Of a DNA stretch of 24,000 bases, positions 15,167 through 24,000 are shown piece by piece. The stretch is from the NCBI GenBank assembly GCA_029260595.1, contig JAJDCY010000010.1, forward strand, positions 273,675 to 297,674, read 5' to 3'. A model generated the notes under the pieces. The model saw only the letters and a program-made list of their open reading frames with translations. It was not told where the DNA came from and did not search any database. A program made the position numbers and the translations under genes. The stretch is from Phycisphaeraceae bacterium. Lineage in GTDB: Bacteria; Planctomycetota; Phycisphaerae; Phycisphaerales; Phycisphaeraceae. The first letter of the stretch is position 1. The number at the start of each line of letters is the position of its first letter.

Positions 15167-17164
15167 ATGACGGCAAGCCCGATCCAATCCGAGATGGTGT
15201 TGTGGGACAACCTGCGGACGCGCCGGCGGTTTCACGAGCCCTTGCGCGGGCCGGATGCCGTCGCCAACCGTTGGCTGACGCGGCTCAAGCACGCACGGAT
15301 CGGGATGCGCTATCTGCATCAGGAGGCCGATGCCGTCGTCGCGATGGAACGCGAATGGGCCGAACTCGGCGACACGAAATTGGACGAGCGCGTGTTGAAG
15401 CTGCGCGAGGTGTTCGCCCGGCGAAGGCACGACCGCGACCTTGTCCGCGAAGGATTGGCGGCGGTGCGCGAGGTAGCCCATCGTGAGACCGGCGAGCGAC
15501 CCTATCGCGTTCAGATCATGGGCGCGCTGGGGATGTTCCACGGGCAGATCGTCGAGATGGTGACCGGCGAGGGCAAGACGCTCACCGCGGCCGTCGCGGC
15601 GACGATGCTCGGTTGGTTGCGCCGGCCGGTGCATGTGATCACGGTTAACGACTACCTCGCGGAGCGCGACGCCGACGGACGCCAACCGATCTTCCGGCGG
15701 TGCGGGCTTATCGCCGCGCCCGTGCTCAACGAAACACAGCCGAACGAGCGGATCCACGCTTACCGCCAACCGATCGTGTACACGACGCAGAAGGAACTCG
15801 TCGCCGATTGGCTGCGCGACAAGCTGCGGCTGGGGCGGATCGCCGACCCGGTCTCGACGCGTTGGATGCGCGAGGACGAGGTCGCGGCCGGATCGTTCGG
15901 CGTGGGGCGGTCCGAGGTGCTCGTGCCGGGCTTGCACGCGGTGGTCGTGGACGAAGCCGACGCGGTGTTGATCGACGAAGCGGTGACCCCGCTGATCATC
16001 GCGCAGCCGCGGCAGGAGGATGCGCAGGCGGAGTTGTACGGGCGTGCGCGCGATCTCGCGCGCGAACTGGCCCTTACAAAGGACTACACCGTCGAACTCG
16101 CCAAGCGCCGCGTGCGCCTAACGCCGGCGGGGCGGGCTCGGCTGACGTCGCTGTTGGAGCCGCAAGAGCACGGGATCTGGCGGGCGGAGCGCCGGCGTGA
16201 GGAACTGATCGAGCAGGCATTGGTCGCGACGCATTGTTTTCACAAGGGCGAGCACTACCAGATCGTCGAGGACCAGGTCGTGATTGTCGACGAGTACACC
16301 GGGCGGTTCATGGCCGACCGTCAGTGGGAGCACGGGCTGCACCAATCGGTTGAAGCGAAGCATGACCTGGAGGTCACAGCCGACCGCGACACGCTGGCGA
16401 GCATGAGTTTTCAGCGGTTTTTCCGCCAGTACAAACACCTGTGCGGGATGACCGGCACGGCGGCGGACGCCAAAGCCGAGCTCGAGACGACCTACCGCGT
16501 TCCGGTGCGGGTGATCCCGACGAACCGCCCACTACAACGCACGCGCTTGCCCGACATCATCCTGCGCACCGATCAAGAGAAATGGCAATGGGTCGTTCAG
16601 GAAATCGAGGAGATGAACCGGCAAGGCCGGCCCGTGCTGGTCGGGACGCGGTGCATCGAGGCGTCGGAGGAACTCGGTGCGTTGCTTACCAGCCGTGGCA
16701 TCGAGCACCAGGTGCTTAACGCCGTGCACCACCAGGTCGAAGCACAAATCATCGAGAAGGCCGGGCAGCGCGGCGAGGTCACCGTCGCGACCAACATGGC
16801 CGGCCGCGGCACGGACATCAAACTCGCCACCGGCGTCGCGGAGCTGGGCGGGCTGCACGTGATCCTGACCGAGCGCCACCGGGCCAGCCGCATCGACCGG
16901 CAGTTGATCGGGCGCGCGGGGCGGCAGGGCGATCCCGGTTCGGCACGCGTGATCATCAGTCTGGAAGACGATGTAATTGTTAAGCACGCGCCGCGTGCGG
17001 GACGGCTGCTCAAGCAGTGGTTCGCGGGTAAGTCCGGACCGCTGCCGCTTTGGGCGGTCCGTGCGTTTGATATTGCCCAGCAGCGCACGCAGCGGCAGGC
17101 GTTCCAGGGCCGGCTCGGCGTGATGCGGCGGGATGAAGACCTGGATCAGAGTCTGCCGAGGTAG
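15167..17164 (+). CDS. SecA-like DEAD-motor ATPase, short form (about 665 aa) lacking most of the helical scaffold, the wing and the C-terminal tail
   Basis: ATG 15167 follows a gaggcgagg purine run. SecA blocks present: EMVTGEGKTLTA, HVITVNDYLAERDA, VVDEADAVLIDEAVTPLII, IVDEYTGRFMADRQWEHGLHQSVEAKH, LCGMTGTA, IPTNRP, VATNMAGRGTDIKL and GGLHVILTERHRASRIDRQLIGRAGRQGDPGSARVIISLEDD. The ORF stops about 75 aa after the last motor motif. Confidence 0.85.
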   Translation: MTASPIQSEMVLWDNLRTRRRFHEPLRGPDAVANRWLTRLKHARIGMRYLHQEADAVVAMEREWAELGDTKLDERVLKLREVFARRRHDRDLVREGLAAVREVAHRETGERPYRVQIMGALGMFHGQIVEMVTGEGKTLTAAVAATMLGWLRRPVHVITVNDYLAERDADGRQPIFRRCGLIAAPVLNETQPNERIHAYRQPIVYTTQKELVADWLRDKLRLGRIADPVSTRWMREDEVAAGSFGVGRSEVLVPGLHAVVVDEADAVLIDEAVTPLIIAQPRQEDAQAELYGRARDLARELALTKDYTVELAKRRVRLTPAGRARLTSLLEPQEHGIWRAERRREELIEQALVATHCFHKGEHYQIVEDQVVIVDEYTGRFMADRQWEHGLHQSVEAKHDLEVTADRDTLASMSFQRFFRQYKHLCGMTGTAADAKAELETTYRVPVRVIPTNRPLQRTRLPDIILRTDQEKWQWVVQEIEEMNRQGRPVLVGTRCIEASEELGALLTSRGIEHQVLNAVHHQVEAQIIEKAGQRGEVTVATNMAGRGTDIKLATGVAELGGLHVILTERHRASRIDRQLIGRAGRQGDPGSARVIISLEDDVIVKHAPRAGRLLKQWFAGKSGPLPLWAVRAFDIAQQRTQRQAFQGRLGVMRRDEDLDQSLPR

Positions 17165-17217
17165 GTGGGCGGTGCCGGGCGAACGATTGAGTTTGCGAAA
17201 CCTCGATAGGCTGTTCT

Positions 17218-19713
17218 GTGGCGAACGATAAAAAATCCAGTGTGGTCACGCCCGCTGTTCGAGCCGTGACCGAAGCGGTACAGCCGGGGCAGATCGAGGT
17301 CCCGGACATTTTGCCCGTGCTCCCGATCCGCGGGACCGTGATGTTTCCCGGGACGGTCATGCCCATGGGCGTGGGGCGGCAGCGCAGCCGCAAACTGCTT
17401 GAGGAATGCTTGCCGAAGTCGAAAGTGATCGCGCTCGTCGCGCAGCGGGATGAGGACGAGCAGAACCCGCCGCCGGCGAATCTGTACGGGATCGGGACCG
17501 CGGTGGTCGTGTTGAAGCTCGTGCGCCAATCGGATGGGACCGTGTCGATCATCACGCACGGCCTGGGGCGGTACCGCGTGCGGCCGTTCGTCCAGCATCA
17601 GCCGTTTTACAAGGCCAAGGTCCGTCGCCTGATCGAGCGGCCCGGCCGGGGCAAGGACTTCGCCGCGGGCGTCGAGCAGTTGCGCAAGCAGGCAAAACAG
17701 TTGATCGAGATCACCCCGGATGCGGCCGATCAGGCGCTCAATGTTCTGATGAACATCAGCGACCCGGGGCACATGGCGGACTTCCTTGGGGCGAACCTGA
17801 ATCTGGATGATGCGCAAAAGCAGGATCTGCTCGAAGAGTTGGACGTGGCCAAGCGCATCCGCATGGTTCACCAATACGTCTCGAACCAGTTAGAGATTCT
17901 GCGGCTGCAGAAGAAGATCCAGGAGGACGTGCAGTCGTCGATTGGCGAGGGGCAGCGCAAGATGTTCCTGCGCGAGCAACTCAAGGTCATCCAGAAGGAG
18001 CTCGGTGAGGACGCCAGGAGCACCGACCGCGCGCTCGTTGATCTGCGCGAGCGGATCGAAGAGGCCAAGCTGCCCGAGCGGGTGATGAAAGAGGCCACTC
18101 GCGACCTGGGACGGTTGGAGACAGTCCCACCGGCGAGCCCGGAGTACTCGCTGCTGATGTCATACCTCGAGTTGCTCGCCGAGCTTCCCTGGCATGAAGC
18201 GAGCGAGGACAAGCTCGATCTGGACGAGGCGCAGCGCGTGCTCGATCGCGATCACTTCGGGCTGGACAAAGTCAAACGCCGGCTGATCGAGTTTCTCGCG
18301 GTCCGCAAGCTGAACCCGGACGGCCGCGGGCCGATCCTCTGTCTGGTCGGCCCGCCCGGCGTGGGCAAAACCAGCCTGGGGCAATCGATCGCCGACGCGA
18401 TGGGCCGCAAGTTTTCGCGCATCAGCCTCGGGGGGATCCGCGACGAGGCCGAGGTGCGCGGGCACCGCCGCACCTACATCGGTGCGATGCCCGGGCGCAT
18501 CATCCAGGAGATCCGCCGCGCCGCGACGAACAACCCGGTTTTGATGTTGGATGAGGTCGACAAACTCGGGGCCGACTTCCGCGGCGACCCGGCCAGTGCG
18601 CTGCTCGAGGTCCTGGACCCACGCCAGAACAACGCGTTTGTGGACCGTTACCTGGATGTTCCGTTTGATTTGTCGCAGGTGATATTCATCGCGACGGCGA
18701 ACTACATGGGCACCGTGCCGGCCGCGCTGCAGGATCGGATGGAAGTGATTGAGATCCCCGGGTACACCGATCACGACAAGGTGCAGATCGCGCGGCGATA
18801 CCTCGTCCCGCGGCAGCTCGAAGAAAACGGGCTGGACGCGGCCCGCGCCAGGTGGCGCGTCTCGGCGATCCGCAAGATCATCAACGACTACACGCGTGAA
18901 GCCGGTGTGCGCGAGCTCGAACGCCAGATCGGCGCGGTCTGTCGCGGCGTCGCCGCGGAGGTGGCGGGGCGGTCCAAGCGATCAACTAAGACGTGGACCA
19001 TCGACGCCGCCATTGTCCGCGAACTGCTCGGAGCCGAGCGGTACACCCGCGAACTCGATACCCGAGTCAAGGGCACCGGCGTGGTGATCGGGCTCGCGTA
19101 CACCCCCGCCGGTGGGGAGGTTCTGTTCATCGAAGCCGCCGTGTATCCCGGCAAGGGACGCGTCACACTGACCGGCCAGATCGGCGACGTCATGAAAGAG
19201 TCCGCCAGCGCCGCGCTGAGTTTGTTCAAAGCGCACGCCGCTGAGATGAATCTCGAAACAGACGCGCTGTCCGGGTTGGACCTGCACATCCACGTCCCCG
19301 CCGGCGCCGTCCCCAAAGACGGCCCCAGCGCCGGCATCGCGATGTACACCGCGATCGCATCCGTGCTCCTGGATATCCCCATCAAGCCGCGCCTGGCAAT
19401 GACCGGCGAGATCACCCTCCGCGGCCGCGTCCTGCCCATCGGCGGCGTCAAAGAGAAAACACTCGCCGCATCGCGCGCGGGGATCAAGACCGTGTTGCTA
19501 CCCGAGGTCAACCGCCGCGACCTCGAAGAGATCGACCCCCAGGTACGCAAGAAGCTGTCATTCGTTTTCGTCGAGACTGTCCAGCAGGTGCTCGACGAGG
19601 CGCTTGGCCGAACCCAACTGGAAAAAGCGATCAAGGCCCAGGGCATCAAGCTCCGCGCAATACAAACCGACCCATCGTCGGGCGTAATCGATCCGCCACC
19701 AATCCTGCAATAG
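17218..19713 (+). CDS. lon: ATP-dependent Lon protease (LonA)
   Basis: The start is GTG 17218. It has an N-terminal LON substrate-binding domain ([14 protein letters not shown]), Walker A (GPPGVGKTS), Walker B ([10 protein letters not shown]), the catalytic Ser motif ([15 protein letters not shown]) and the Lys motif ([21 protein letters not shown]). Confidence 0.95.
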   Translation: MANDKKSSVVTPAVRAVTEAVQPGQIEVPDILPVLPIRGTVMFPGTVMPMGVGRQRSRKLLEECLPKSKVIALVAQRDEDEQNPPPANLYGIGTAVVVLKLVRQSDGTVSIITHGLGRYRVRPFVQHQPFYKAKVRRLIERPGRGKDFAAGVEQLRKQAKQLIEITPDAADQALNVLMNISDPGHMADFLGANLNLDDAQKQDLLEELDVAKRIRMVHQYVSNQLEILRLQKKIQEDVQSSIGEGQRKMFLREQLKVIQKELGEDARSTDRALVDLRERIEEAKLPERVMKEATRDLGRLETVPPASPEYSLLMSYLELLAELPWHEASEDKLDLDEAQRVLDRDHFGLDKVKRRLIEFLAVRKLNPDGRGPILCLVGPPGVGKTSLGQSIADAMGRKFSRISLGGIRDEAEVRGHRRTYIGAMPGRIIQEIRRAATNNPVLMLDEVDKLGADFRGDPASALLEVLDPRQNNAFVDRYLDVPFDLSQVIFIATANYMGTVPAALQDRMEVIEIPGYTDHDKVQIARRYLVPRQLEENGLDAARARWRVSAIRKIINDYTREAGVRELERQIGAVCRGVAAEVAGRSKRSTKTWTIDAAIVRELLGAERYTRELDTRVKGTGVVIGLAYTPAGGEVLFIEAAVYPGKGRVTLTGQIGDVMKESASAALSLFKAHAAEMNLETDALSGLDLHIHVPAGAVPKDGPSAGIAMYTAIASVLLDIPIKPRLAMTGEITLRGRVLPIGGVKEKTLAASRAGIKTVLLPEVNRRDLEEIDPQVRKKLSFVFVETVQQVLDEALGRTQLEKAIKAQGIKLRAIQTDPSSGVIDPPPILQ

Positions 19714-19754
19714 TTCCAGCCAATCAACCGCGAAGGTGAACCGTCGCTTGTCGG

Positions 19755-20570
19755 CTACAGCCCAAGCACGTCGCCCATGCGGTAGCGCGCCGGCGACTTG
19801 CCGCCGAGCCAGGCCGCCGCTTTGAGCGCACCGCGTGCGAAGATGTCGCGGCTGGACGCGGTGTGCGTCAGCGCGATCCGCTCACCCATCGCCGCGAAGG
19901 TCGCCGTGTGTTCCCCGACCACATCCCCCATGCGGATGCTGTGCACCCCGATCTGCCCAGGCTGCCGCGGCGCGTTGTCGGGATCGGCCCCGTAAGCACC
20001 AAACGCAACCGTTTCGTCCGCGTTTTTACCCGTTGCATCGCAAATGGCTGACACGATCCCCAGAGCCGTCCCCGACGGCGCATCCTTCTTGAACCGGTGG
20101 TGCGCTTCGGTGATCTCGATGTCCCACGACTGATCGAGTCTGGTCGCCGCCTGAGCCGCGAGCGCGAACAGCAGGTTGACCCCGAGGCTCATATTCGGCG
20201 CCTGCAGGATCGGGATCATCTTCGCGGCATCGTCGATCAGCCGATGGTCGTTGTCGGTCAGCCCGGTCGTGCCGATCACCATCGCCGTCTTGGACCGTTG
20301 ACAGGTCTCCAGGGCGGCGCGCGTCGCAGCCGGACCGGTGAAATCAATCAACACGTCGATCTGCCCCGCCGTGTCGAACGAGTCGGTGAGCACGACGTTG
20401 GTTGATTCGAGCGCAGGCTCGGCCGCGAGTTCCGCCGCGCTACGCCCCAAGTCGGGGTGCCCGCTGTGCTCGAGCGCAGCGGCCAGCCGCAAGCCCTCAA
20501 ACTCGCTGGACAGCGCCAACAAACGGCGACCCATACGCCCGGCCGCACCGAGGACGGCGATCGAGGTCAT
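19755..20570 (-). CDS. dapB: 4-hydroxy-tetrahydrodipicolinate reductase DapB
   Basis: DapB blocks present: IAVLGAAGRMGRRL (nucleotide-binding), IDFTGP, VIGTTGL, APNMSLGVNLL and EITEAHHRFKKDAPSGTA. Confidence 0.9.
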   Translation of the reverse strand: MTSIAVLGAAGRMGRRLLALSSEFEGLRLAAALEHSGHPDLGRSAAELAAEPALESTNVVLTDSFDTAGQIDVLIDFTGPAATRAALETCQRSKTAMVIGTTGLTDNDHRLIDDAAKMIPILQAPNMSLGVNLLFALAAQAATRLDQSWDIEITEAHHRFKKDAPSGTALGIVSAICDATGKNADETVAFGAYGADPDNAPRQPGQIGVHSIRMGDVVGEHTATFAAMGERIALTHTASSRDIFARGALKAAAWLGGKSPARYRMGDVLGL

Positions 20571-20851
20571 TTCTGGTAGTACTCGTGGGTGGGTCGGCCG
20601 GCGAGGATTTGTTCCTTGCCCCAGTCGGTGACATTGCGGAACTGATCGGACCGGATGAAGTCGTCGAACGCGTCGCGGTCGTTCCAGTCGGATAGAATCA
20701 GGTAGCTACCGTCCTTGTGGACGTCGCGGTAGAGAGCGGATTGGTTGTGCCCGGGCATCTTGTCCATGGCGCCGTTGACGGCTTGGAAGACGTCCTCGAA
20801 CGCCTTTTCCTTGCCCGGAATCACTTGGTAGTTCATGCCGACGGTGATCAT
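20567..20851 (-). CDS. Small ABM (antibiotic biosynthesis monooxygenase)/Dabb-fold domain protein
   Basis: A 94-aa product with the pattern MITVGMNYQVIPGKEKAFEDVF...LYRDVHKDGSYLILSDWNDRDAFDDFIRSDQF, typical of ABM ferredoxin-like domains. Its stop overlaps the dapB start in an ATGA (20567-20570), implying co-transcription and translational coupling. Confidence 0.7.
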   Translation of the reverse strand: MITVGMNYQVIPGKEKAFEDVFQAVNGAMDKMPGHNQSALYRDVHKDGSYLILSDWNDRDAFDDFIRSDQFRNVTDWGKEQILAGRPTHEYYQK

Positions 20852-20925
20852 AATTCAGTCTCCTAAACCCTAAGACGATAGGTGGATTAGGGGCTGTGGG
20901 CAAACGACCTCCCTACGCCTGAGCG

Positions 20926-20953
20926 TTGACACGGGCGTTGGCAAACATAGAGT
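20926..20953 (+). promoter_or_regulatory. Candidate sigma-70-type promoter (TTGACA-N16-TAGAGT) upstream of the 503-aa TPR gene
   Basis: Consensus -35 TTGACA at 20926-20931 and TAGAGT at 20948-20953, with a 16-nt spacer, in the divergent intergenic region about 80 nt upstream of TTG 21032. This is a motif match only. Confidence 0.45.
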
Positions 20954-21031
20954 AGATAGAGGGATGCTGCCCGGTCCCGCAGGCTGATTGGCCGGCGCGA
21001 CCGACCAGACCCATTTACCCCAGGCATCACC

Positions 21032-22543
21032 TTGGCAATATTCGGCAAGAACAAGCCCGAGAAGCCCGCCGCGGCCGCGCAACGCGATGCCCGCAAGGCC
21101 CGACGCTTTTTCGAGCACGCCCAGGCCGTCGCCGATGCGCGCAACTACGACTACGCGATCGAGTGCTACCTCAACGGCCTCAAGCACGACCCCGACAACA
21201 TGCCCAAGCACGAGGCCCTGCACGACATCGCGCTCAAACGCAAGGTCGCAGGCGGCAAGCCGGCAACGTTGTCCGAGAAGATCAAGTTTGGGAGTAAGGA
21301 CCCGGTCGACCGGTTGCTCCACACCGAGATGCTGTGGTCGAAGGACCCGCTGAACGTCGCGCTGACTGTCGAGGTCATGGCCCGAGCCGTCGAGGCTGAC
21401 CAAGGGCAGGAGGAATTGAATTTCGGAGAGTTGGCGTACTGGGCCGGCGGCCTCGTGATCGAGCTCAACCAATCCGGGCAGAAATCCAGCAAGGAGATCT
21501 TTCTTAAAGTTCGAGACCTGTTCGCGGATCTCGGCGCGTTCGATCAGGCCGTCAAGGCCTGCCAACTCGCCGTCCACCTCGATTCGGACAACACCGCCCT
21601 CCGACACGACCTGAAAAATCTCGAAGCCGAACTCATGATGCAAAAGACCGGCTACACGGCTGAGAAGGTTCGGGAAGAAGGCTTCCGCGCGACCGTCAAG
21701 GACGAAGGCGCCCAAGCCGCGACACGCGACGAATCAACCATATCCAAGACCGATCGAGTGATTGAAGAGGCCATCACCCGCCGCCGCGAGGCATACGAGC
21801 AAGCGCCCGACGACCTGGACCTGCTGCAAAAGTTGGTCTCCGCACTGATCCAGAAAGACGACGACACGGCTGAAAAGGATGCGATCGCTTTGTTGGAGAA
21901 GGCCTGGGCGGCGACGTCGCAGTACCACTACAAAATGCAGCAGGGCGATGTCCGGATCAAGCAGCTCAACCGGCGATACCGCAGATACAAGGCACGCATG
22001 CAAGCCGCCCCGGACGACCCGGCCGTCGCCGACAAGTGGCGCAAGTTCACCGCGAAGAAACTCAAGTTCGAGTTGGATGAGTACATCGTGCGAGTCAAAA
22101 ACTACCCGACCGATATGGCCATGCGGTACGAGCTGGGCAAGCGATTCTTCGCGTTCAAGAAGTTCGACGAGGCGATCGCAGCGTTTCAGCAGGCCAAGGT
22201 CCACCCCAAGCACCGGGCGATGGCGCTCGACTATCTCGGCCGGTGCTACCTCGAGCAGGGCTGGGCCCACGAGGCGATCGATACGTTCCGCCAGGGGATC
22301 GACGCGCACCCCATACCGGACGACCGCCTGGGGTTGGAACTGCGCTATCAACTAATGCTCGCGCTCAAAGCCGAAGCGACCAAGACCAAGTCCTCCGAGC
22401 AGGCGGCCGAGGCCCAGAAGGTCGGCTCGCAGGTGCTGCAGACGGACATCAACTTCCGCGACATCCGCGAGCAGATGGATTCGTTGCGCGGGCTCGGCGA
22501 AGAATTACGCAAGCCCGCCAAGGACCGTCGTAACGAGTCGTAA
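21032..22543 (+). CDS. TPR/helical-repeat protein, function unknown
   Basis: A long ORF with coding-like composition. There is an in-frame TAG at 20957-20959, and no ATG or GTG between it and TTG 21032, so a TTG start is implied ([13 protein letters not shown]...). TPR-like units include [35 protein letters not shown] and [17 protein letters not shown]. Confidence 0.8.
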   Translation: MAIFGKNKPEKPAAAAQRDARKARRFFEHAQAVADARNYDYAIECYLNGLKHDPDNMPKHEALHDIALKRKVAGGKPATLSEKIKFGSKDPVDRLLHTEMLWSKDPLNVALTVEVMARAVEADQGQEELNFGELAYWAGGLVIELNQSGQKSSKEIFLKVRDLFADLGAFDQAVKACQLAVHLDSDNTALRHDLKNLEAELMMQKTGYTAEKVREEGFRATVKDEGAQAATRDESTISKTDRVIEEAITRRREAYEQAPDDLDLLQKLVSALIQKDDDTAEKDAIALLEKAWAATSQYHYKMQQGDVRIKQLNRRYRRYKARMQAAPDDPAVADKWRKFTAKKLKFELDEYIVRVKNYPTDMAMRYELGKRFFAFKKFDEAIAAFQQAKVHPKHRAMALDYLGRCYLEQGWAHEAIDTFRQGIDAHPIPDDRLGLELRYQLMLALKAEATKTKSSEQAAEAQKVGSQVLQTDINFRDIREQMDSLRGLGEELRKPAKDRRNES

Positions 22544-22624
22544 TCCTACGCGCGCGTCTGGCAGCATCGGCACCCGGCCAGACTCTCTCGGGTCGGGACT
22601 CTCCGCCCGGCAATACCAGCCGTA

Positions 22625-22672
22625 CGAACCACAGCGAATCCCAGGGTTTTGTGGTTCGCCGATTGTGTTTGC
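22625..22672 (+). terminator. 9-bp stem hairpin followed by a T-rich stretch between the TPR gene and leuS (possible terminator or leader structure)
   Basis: CGAACCACA (22625-22633) pairs with TGTGGTTCG (22650-22658), leaving a 16-nt loop. CGCCGATTGTGTTTG follows. The large loop makes it atypical for an intrinsic terminator. Confidence 0.3.
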
Positions 22673-22686
22673 GGTATCCTGACCGG

Positions 22687-24000
22687 ATGCGCTACGACTT
22701 TGCCGCGATCGAGAAACGGTGGCAGACGCACTGGGCCGAGCGGCAAGTCTTCCGCACACCGAACCCCGACGACGAGGGGTTCGACGCCGCGAAACCTAAG
22801 TTTTTCGTGCTGGATATGTTCCCCTACCCATCGGGTGTGGGCCTGCACGTCGGCCACCCGATGGGGTATATCGCAACCGACATCGTCGCGCGCTACAAAC
22901 GGATGCGCGGCCACAACGTGCTCCACCCGATGGGGTACGACGCATTCGGCCTCCCGGCCGAGCAATTCGCCGTCGAGCACGGCGTCCACCCACGCATCAC
23001 GACCGAAAAAAACATCGCCAACATGACCCGCCAGCTCAAGCGGCTCGGCCTGAGCTACGACTGGGACCGCTGCCTCTCTACGACCGACCCGGGGTACTAC
23101 CGCTGGACCCAGTGGGTGTTTCTAAAAATGTATAGCTGTTGGTTCGACCCGTCGGCCGGCAAGGCCAGGCCGATCGCGGAGCTGGAGCAGGCGCTCGCAT
23201 CCGAGCAGGTGTATGTCGGGTTGGATGGTGACTTGGTTGATGCCGGGCCAAGCGAAGGGCTCGACGCGGTGACCGGTTCGCCCGTCGGCGCTCGCAAGTG
23301 GCACGAACTGGATACGCACGAACGCCGCCGACTGCTGGATCAGTACCGCCTGGCGTTCATGGATGAGTCGGACGTCAACTGGTGTCCGCAGTTGGGCACG
23401 GTCCTTGCCAATGAGGAGGTCACCAACGACGGACGCAGCGAGCGCGGCAATTACCCGGTCTACAAGCGGCCGTTGAAGCAGTGGATGCTTCGGATCACCG
23501 CCTACGCGGACCGCTTGATCGACGACCTGCCGCTGGTCAATTGGCCGGAACCGATCAAGCTGATGCAGCGCAACTGGATCGGACGATCGGACGGGGCGCT
23601 GGTCGACTTCGCACTCGCCGATGAGGGCCTCGACGGCGAGTCGGACCCCGAGACAAGTGCCGGCGCGATCAGCGTCTTCACCACGCGCCCCGACACGCTG
23701 TTCGGGGCAACCTATATGGTCCTGGCCCCCGAGCACCCCTTGGTCGAGGCCATCACAACCGGCGATCAACTCGACCAGGTCGAGGCATACAGGCGGCAGA
23801 CCGCGGCGATGGACGCAGCCGACCGACAGGCGGATAACAAGGAAAAAACAGGCGTTTTCACCGGGGCATACGCGATCAACCCGGTCAGCGGCGACCGCAT
23901 CCCGATCTGGATCGCGGACTACGTCATGATGGGTTACGGCACCGGCGCGATCATGGCCGTGCCCGCGCACGATGAACGCGACTTCGAGTTCGCTCAGACC
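22687..24000 (+). CDS. leuS: Leucyl-tRNA synthetase LeuS (5' partial; continues beyond the window)
   Basis: This gene is not in the supplied ORF track because it has no stop in the window. Hand translation from ATG 22687 gives [22 protein letters not shown]...[24 protein letters not shown] (HIGH motif)...[14 protein letters not shown]...[15 protein letters not shown]...[15 protein letters not shown]. It is open for all 438 codons to nt 24000. Confidence 0.95.
   Translation, partial: MRYDFAAIEKRWQTHWAERQVFRTPNPDDEGFDAAKPKFFVLDMFPYPSGVGLHVGHPMGYIATDIVARYKRMRGHNVLHPMGYDAFGLPAEQFAVEHGVHPRITTEKNIANMTRQLKRLGLSYDWDRCLSTTDPGYYRWTQWVFLKMYSCWFDPSAGKARPIAELEQALASEQVYVGLDGDLVDAGPSEGLDAVTGSPVGARKWHELDTHERRRLLDQYRLAFMDESDVNWCPQLGTVLANEEVTNDGRSERGNYPVYKRPLKQWMLRITAYADRLIDDLPLVNWPEPIKLMQRNWIGRSDGALVDFALADEGLDGESDPETSAGAISVFTTRPDTLFGATYMVLAPEHPLVEAITTGDQLDQVEAYRRQTAAMDAADRQADNKEKTGVFTGAYAINPVSGDRIPIWIADYVMMGYGTGAIMAVPAHDERDFEFAQT

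Noticed and set aside
17165-17217. A heat-shock (sigma-32) or sigma-70 promoter upstream of lon (TTGAGT...CCTCGATAGG).
   Set aside because: The spacing between the candidate elements (8-14 nt) does not fit either consensus.
1-24000. A window-wide scan for CRISPR arrays, transposases or integrases, inverted-repeat-bounded elements, retron- or DGR-like repeats, and toxin-antitoxin pairs.
   Set aside because: I saw no spaced direct-repeat arrays, no recombinase or transposase-like ORFs, and no small two-gene cassettes. The only tandem repeat is the 27-nt in-frame (AGE)3 tract in rsmH.

Overview
This is a high-GC bacterial chromosomal segment. My hand-counted 100-nt samples give about 59-74% G+C in most genes. 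It carries 20 protein-coding genes and one tRNA, and almost all are housekeeping genes. Left to right: an RnfC-like Fe-S protein and an RnfD-like membrane protein, flgM, a MutT-type Nudix hydrolase, and a TPR protein with two RNA polymerase alpha-CTD-like domains. Next come a secreted helical-repeat protein, a lower-GC membrane-anchored protein beside tRNA-Leu(CAG), and hslV. A short division/cell-wall block follows (rsmH, a 3xLysM membrane protein, an ftsL-like gene, ftsI). The rest is gcvT, a short SecA-like ATPase, lon, dapB with an ABM-domain protein, a 503-aa TPR protein, and the 5' part of leuS, which runs off the window and is absent from the supplied ORF track. Gene content and protein architectures weakly suggest a Planctomycetota-like organism; this is inference only. 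I found no CRISPR array, transposase, integrase, toxin-antitoxin pair or recognisable defence module, and no convincing novel multi-gene system. The most unusual items are (1) the TPR + tandem alpha-CTD protein, (2) the natively short SecA paralogue, (3) the LysM protein with FtsN-like architecture inside a minimal rsmH-ftsL-ftsI block, (4) an orphan RnfC/RnfD-like pair whose cofactor motifs look degenerate, and (5) a compositionally deviant gene at the 3' side of tRNA-Leu. Many long antisense ORFs in the track are high-GC shadow ORFs and were rejected.
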